This document shows, piece after piece, positions 57,836 to 64,000 of a DNA stretch of 64,000 nucleotides. A model generated the notes under the pieces. That model worked only from the letters and a program-made list of their open reading frames with translations. It searched no databases and had not been told where the DNA came from. Each line of letters starts with the position of its first letter. Within the stretch, counting starts at the first letter, position 1. The translations under genes and the position numbers were made by a program. The stretch lies in the NCBI RefSeq assembly GCF_009914755.1, contig NC_060934.1; one strand, given 5' to 3'. The stretch is from the human T2T-CHM13v2.0 reference genome, Homo sapiens.

Positions 57836-59154
57836 TGATAACTCTGAAGGCCATTGAGCAATAGTAATTATCACATAAATACATTTTGTTTTGTTCCCAA
57901 AGTGTCGAATACCCCAAAAATCATGTGTTAACTGAGGTATATTCCATAGGAATTTCAGAGATCTATTTTCATAGCAAAAAGAAACCCCTGTAGTCTTATA
58001 AAGATTGTATTTAATAAAAGATACCTCCTAGGGGAGCCCTTGTGTAAAAATAATAACAGTAATAAAAAGAAAGAAGAAAACTTTTAATATATTAAATAGC
58101 CTAAAAACCTTTTAGCAAAATGTAAGCAATCAACTATATGTATCACTGGAAATGCAGTATTGTTCAGTATTATAAACTGGAGAGGAGATAAGTCTTTTCT
58201 TGCCGAAGGATAATTTAGGACTTTTTTTGTAACCTAAAATGAATTTCAACTGTAACTTCTGACGTGTTTGATATATAGGTGCTGGCATCACGGGCATTCA
58301 ACGTTTCATCTTCAGTGCCATAGTCAGATTACTAACCCTTTGGGCCTCTGTTTCTCATCTGCAAACTGAAGAGTTGGACACATTATAAAATCCTTTCAGA
58401 TTCTTAATGTTGGATGATTAAAAACATTTATTATAGGAGTTGGGCTTCCTACTCCCTTTGGCTAAAGAGAGTATTGCTCTAGTTACTTGGTTTACACTCA
58501 CGTGAATAAATGTAGTAATATAGATGCCAAGGTGAGTAGGAAAGAAGAAAACAAAATATGGACAAAAACCATGAAGCATCATAATAGATTATGGTAGGTC
58601 TGTTTCTCTTTCAGGACTATATGCTATGGGAGTTTCTTCTTTTGTTCCATGCAAGAAGATTTTTAAAATAGAGACCTCCCTTGACAAAGAAAATCAGAGA
58701 TATCCTTATAAACTAGCAAGGGAGAAGAGTTTAATAACCGACTAGCTCACAGTTCTTTTCTGCCCAATGCCTCAACTACTTCTGGCTAGATTCTGACAGC
58801 AACTGCTCCTCTAAAAGTCATCAGAGAAGAGAGGATCAGTTTCTACCCTTAGGTACCCGAAGGGAATGTATTCCGCATTCTTTCATATTTCAGCTGCCTC
58901 TTTCACTTCTGTGCCCCAGGAAGACTAGAAAACTGGCTCTCTACTTCTTGTTAATTTCTTATTAAATTAAATAGTCAATGAAGGCATTTTGTGCCTGAGC
59001 CTTCTGGTCCCCATGAAGAATAAACTCGTGGGAGAGAGAGGAAGGGACTGGATTATTCTGCTGGGTGACAGTACACTTAGGGAAAAAGGTCAAGGAAGAA
59101 AAGTCCATCAGGCATTTTTGTTTTAATTTTTAAAATTCCTGTTTAACAATACAG

Positions 59155-59255
59155 GGTCTCTTGCAACGTGTGAGCTGCCTCTTGCCAAGAGTGAGTGGCA
59201 AAAGAAACTAACCCCGGAGCAGTTCTACGTCACAAGAGAAAAGGGAACGGAACCG
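59155..59255 (+). CDS. MSRB2: MSRB2 coding exon 2 ([34 protein letters not shown], start of the SelR/MsrB domain)
   Basis: Acceptor tttaacaatacag|GG and donor CCG|gtaagc; 101 nt, so 118+101=219 nt in frame; EWxxxLTPEQFxVTRxKGTE is the conserved MsrB motif. Confidence 0.97.
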
Positions 59256-59289
59256 GTAAGCTAAGCTGGTTTACAGTTTTCTGATTGCA

Positions 59290-60080
59290 TGTGTTGGCAG
59301 TGAGGGGGCAGTTGGAATAGGTCCAGCTATGAAACCCAGCTGCCCAGCATCACTCCACAGGCCTGGTCTTCCTCTTCCATTGTGCCCTTCTCGGGGTGTT
59401 GATATCCATCGAGTTGTAGAAACCTGAAACTTTTCTCTGGACACAGCATCTCTATTCTGACTCCTAAATAACCTTCCTGTCATTTCACTTCCATGCACCG
59501 CTGTCACCTCCCCGTGGGGCCAAGTCACCATCACCTTCTCTGTGCATGGCCATTCTTGCTCCAGCCAACCCATTCTCCACACTGCAGCCAAAGAGTTCTT
59601 TGGAAAACACAGATCTGACCATATCACTCCCCAGCTCAAAACCTTTGGCGGCTGCCCAGTGCTTTCAAGGAAAAAGAAAAGTATGAGATGGCTAATAAGG
59701 TCCTAACGGCCCCTGGCTCCCACCCCTATCCTCAAATCCAGCCATCTTCCCTTTTGACACGGTACTTTGGCCACACCACCCTTGAGCTCTCACATGCCCT
59801 GGGCTCCCTTCTCTTTTAAGGCCTTTGCACCCAGCTTTCCTTCTTCTCTCCCGTCATCCCTCCCCACACTCTCCACCCATTCATTCAGACCTACCTTGTA
59901 GCTCTCGGCCCAAATCTCACTTTCTCTGGCAAACCTTCTCCTAGCCCCCAGCTAGGGTTGCTTCTAGCAGAACTCTTCCTTCATAGCATTTGCCATCACT
60001 GCTGTAACCCCTGGCACCTAACGTGGTGGCTGGCCTAGTAGGCATCCGAAAAATCAACTTTTGTGAATGTTGAATGACTG
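59290..60080 (+). mobile_element. L2 3' region fragment (intron 2)
   Basis: cattctccacactgcagcca...atctgaccatatcactcccc...tgtgaatgttgaatga. Confidence 0.75.
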
Positions 60081-60203
60081 CCGGGTAAGAGGTGGAAACA
60101 TTATTTAAACTGCATTTGGCAATCTCAGCTTTCATTCATTTTCTGAGAGAACAACCCTCAGTGGTTCTTCATTATAACACCACTTTTTACAGTGCTACAT
60201 TTA

Positions 60204-60218
60204 TCTCTCTCTCTCTGT

Positions 60219-60263
<45 letters not shown>

Positions 60264-60580
60264 CAAGTTTCTGCGGTACTTGAGAAAATCTGTTACACAT
60301 ATATAATGCATAGTAATCGAGTCAGGGTATTTAGGGTGTCTGTCACCCGAATACAATACATTTTTGTTAAGTGTCATCCTCCTACTCTGCCATCAAACAC
60401 TGAGTGTATTCCTTTTCTCTTACTGTATGTTTGTGGACTTTAAGCCACTCCTCTTCATCCTCCCCCTACCCCCTGCTTTCCAGGGTAGGAAACCCCCTTT
60501 CCAGGCTCTGTTATCCATTTTTCCACTCTCTACCTCCATGTGTTCAAATTCTTTAGCTCTCACATATAAATGAGAACATA
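60204..60580 (-). mobile_element. L1MA-type 3' end with (CT)/(GT)n tail
   Basis: GT repeat 60217-60260, then gtcagggtatttagggtgtc...ctcacatataaatgagaacat. Confidence 0.8.
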
Positions 60581-61469
60581 GTGCCGCGTTGCTTAACAAG
60601 TGGTCTGTCTTAGACCCAAATATAGCTACTGGAATGTAGCTTTTTTGAATTGAACTTTGTTATTAGATATTTTTACTAGTGAAGCAGATCCCACAGAGTG
60701 GACCCCAGCCCTGTGGCTTCAAACATAGTAGAGTATGAATGCTTTTTCCTTTGTCAGCACCTGCAAAACTCATGTCACTACCCACATGCACTGCCATTGT
60801 AATCATGGTCTCACCCTCAGTTTTTCCAATGCTAAAGTCATCAGAAGGGCCAGCACATCCCAATAAAGTCCCCTGAAATGCTGGTATTTTTGAAAACTTC
60901 CTGTAGGCGGGATTTTACTAAAGCCCTTGTTGGGAAAGAGACTACATTAGCCATTTGTGTAGACTGCACAAGGGAACCACATGATACTCTGTGAGCAGTT
61001 GTATGTATTCCCAGAGTATTCTAAGCCAACCCTAATTCTCAGGTACAGAGCCAGGCAGGGCTTGGTACATAGACAGACCCTAGAGATGAGCTGCCAGATG
61101 TTTAGGAAAATAAATCTGTGGGCTTCTCAAACAGATGGTGCAATATACTCTCTGCATTTGGCCATTTGACAAAATGAGCATCATTCATTATTTTAACTAA
61201 TGTTATAAATCCCTTTCCATGGATCCATTTCCACGTTTAACTTTTTAGAGTATTGCAGAAATGTAAGCCTTCATTAGCTTTGTTCACCTAAGAGAAGAGA
61301 AATAAAACATCGAAGGCTTCTCTTTGGTGACTCTAAATTAAAATTCCCTCCCGCATGTTTTTTCTTGGGCAACGGTAATGTGCTAGCACTCTGCTAGACC
61401 AACGAATAAATTTACAGGATGGCTGAGCAATAACTGAAAGTCAAGTATCAATAGAAGGGAGGTTTTGTG

Positions 61470-61940
61470 CAGGTCATTCTCTGTCTACTCTCCAGATCCA
61501 CTCTCCGCGGGCTCCCCTGCTCTGAGCTCTAGGAAGAGTGAGCAGCTCCCTTTCCCCCAGCTATTGATTCAGTTTAGCCAGTGGGAGACAACAGTGAGAT
61601 CAAAAGGTGGGATGGAGAAATCGCTAGAGCCCAGCGTTCTCTCTGTGGGGCTGCAGGATGGCAGTGGCTGTGTTCCTGTACTGCAGGTGGCCCCTCTTGT
61701 AGGCAGCCCTCCCCTGCAGGTGCAGCCTCACCAGGTTCTGGCCACTCCCTCTTCCTTTGTCCCACAGGCCTAGTGGAGGCCATGGCTTCTCAGAGTCATT
61801 AGCCCAGGGATGCGTTGCCCTCACTTGTGGATTTCCATTGGCCCCATCTGCACCTTTGTAAACAGTCCTGTGTGAGGTTATCTGCAGTCATCCCTCTTGA
61901 GTGTGTCATCTGTTTCCAGCAGGTGCGTTGTATTGACAAG
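61470..61940 (+). mobile_element. Old ERVL-type LTR (LTR16/LTR33-like)
   Basis: GC-richer block ending ttgagtgtgtcatctgtttccagcagg..tgaca. Confidence 0.5.
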
Positions 61941-62029
61941 ATGGAATGGTGAACTGCCATTGGTCCAGCAGACCTTGCAATCCCAGGGGAATCTTGAACA
62001 TCATTCTCTCTCTGACCCTGGCCCCTCCC

Positions 62030-62830
62030 TGTGCAGCCAGGCATTTCAATTCTCTCTTCTAAGTATTCTTGAATCTCTTCTCTTTCTTTTATTTCCACTG
62101 CTCTGCCTGAGCAGGAGCACACTCCAGGCCTGCATGTGTGATGGAGGTCGGATTGCCCTCTGCCTCTGGTGGCATCTTGCCCCATTCCAGCTCATTCTTT
62201 ACCTGAATGTCAAGCGATCTTTCTAAAAACCAACTCCAATCAGGCGTACACCCAGTTCACAAGTTTCCAGTAGCTTCACATTTCCAGTAGGACACAGTTT
62301 AAGCTGTTTGTCGTGATCTAACCAACCCCATCTGGCCTGGTCTCACCTGCCTTCCGGCATCATCTCTCTCCATCCTCCTCTTTGCCCTCTTCTTTCATGT
62401 GGGCCTTGACCAAGGTATTCTGCCTGCCAGAAATACTCTTCCATTTCCTCATTCAATTAACTCTTACTCTTCAAAAGTCAGCTTAGTGTTGGCATTTTTC
62501 TATAATAAACAACCATCAGTTGTGCAATTTAGAATAATAATAAAAGGTTAAGAAATAAAAAGACTTCCTCCCATCTCAGATAATATCTGATACAGTCAGC
62601 CTTTGTGGAAACTCCCCCCTTCGTAGTGAAGGGTACAGCGCTACCCGAACTCCATGCCATCTCTATCATAGCTGTCACCACATGGTATAAATTGTCAGCT
62701 CACGTGTGTCTTCCTCCCACTTAGGGAGCAAATTCTTTGAGTGCAGAAACTGTTTTGCTGCCCACCTCTGCAACACTAGCACCCAGCTCAGCCTGGGTTT
62801 ATATTAGATTATCATGTCAATACTAGAAAT
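62030..62830 (+). mobile_element. L2 fragments
   Basis: Pyrimidine-rich L2-like blocks; caaattctttgagtgcagaaactgt...actagcaccca. Confidence 0.55.
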
Positions 62831-62975
62831 GAGATAGAAGCTGAGTTTAACCCTAAATAAGTTACAGGACTTGTATAAAATTGGAGAGGGAGGGAAACAT
62901 CAGGAAGCTAGGCAAGGAGAGAGTGGGTAGATGTCATTTCAGAAACTATGTTGGCTGAGTATTCCTTTTCATTGA

Positions 62976-63287
<312 letters not shown>

Positions 63288-63402
63288 TAATTTTTATTTT
63301 GCTTACTGTGATAGCAGTTATCTATCACTTCCTCTGTCCAGCTGCCCCCCTGCAATAATGAAATTATGTTTTGAGTCTTTCCAGGCTGTCTGGATCCTAT
63401 GA

Positions 63403-63792
<390 letters not shown>

Positions 63793-64000
63793 AACTTCCT
63801 CTTCTTCACAGCTGCTAACTAGTGCCAGTGTTGGAAGCAGGCATTTGAGGGGACCGGCCATAAAGGACCAGCTCACTACTGTTTGGATTTCTGCAGCTAA
63901 GTTTAGGGTTTTAAAGAAGGAAAACATCCAAGTGTACCCAGATGGTAGGCTCAGTAGGTTAATTTGAAATTGTCTTTTATACAGCTCACTGCAAATGTGC

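Noticed and set aside
59155-59255. Selenocysteine recoding of MSRB
   Set aside because: MSRB1 is the selenoprotein; MSRB2 uses Cys, and no in-frame TGA occurs in the exons present

Overview
Human (primate) intergenic and genic DNA, repeat-rich. The only recognisable gene is the 5' part of MSRB2 (mitochondrial methionine-R-sulfoxide reductase B2) on the + strand: CpG-island promoter at about 50.5-51.1 kb, coding exon 1 (ATG 50603-50720) and exon 2 (59155-59255). Later exons lie beyond the window. From general knowledge this is chr10p12, between ARMC3 and MSRB2; no ARMC3 exon is recognisable here. The first 50 kb holds a dense, nested cluster of about 12 solo LTRs (2.5-17.4 kb, including MER41B, MER41A, MLT2A2, LTR8-like and MER31-like copies), a strong CTCF motif at 23.35 kb, old L1/L2/MIR/DNA-transposon fragments, and most of the window's ~28 Alus. 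One is a young AluYb9 sitting next to a perfect 62-bp tandem duplication. I cannot demonstrate a new biological system from sequence alone. The best leads are a possible decayed C2H2 zinc-finger gene relic (8.8-9.3 kb, minus strand), exon-like protein-flavoured blocks at 24.8, 34.4-35.1 and 36.9-37.9 kb, two overlapping out-of-frame uAUGs plus G4 at the MSRB2 start, and several candidate enhancers. Repeat subfamily names come from remembered consensus sequences, not a RepeatMasker run, and old-repeat boundaries are approximate.
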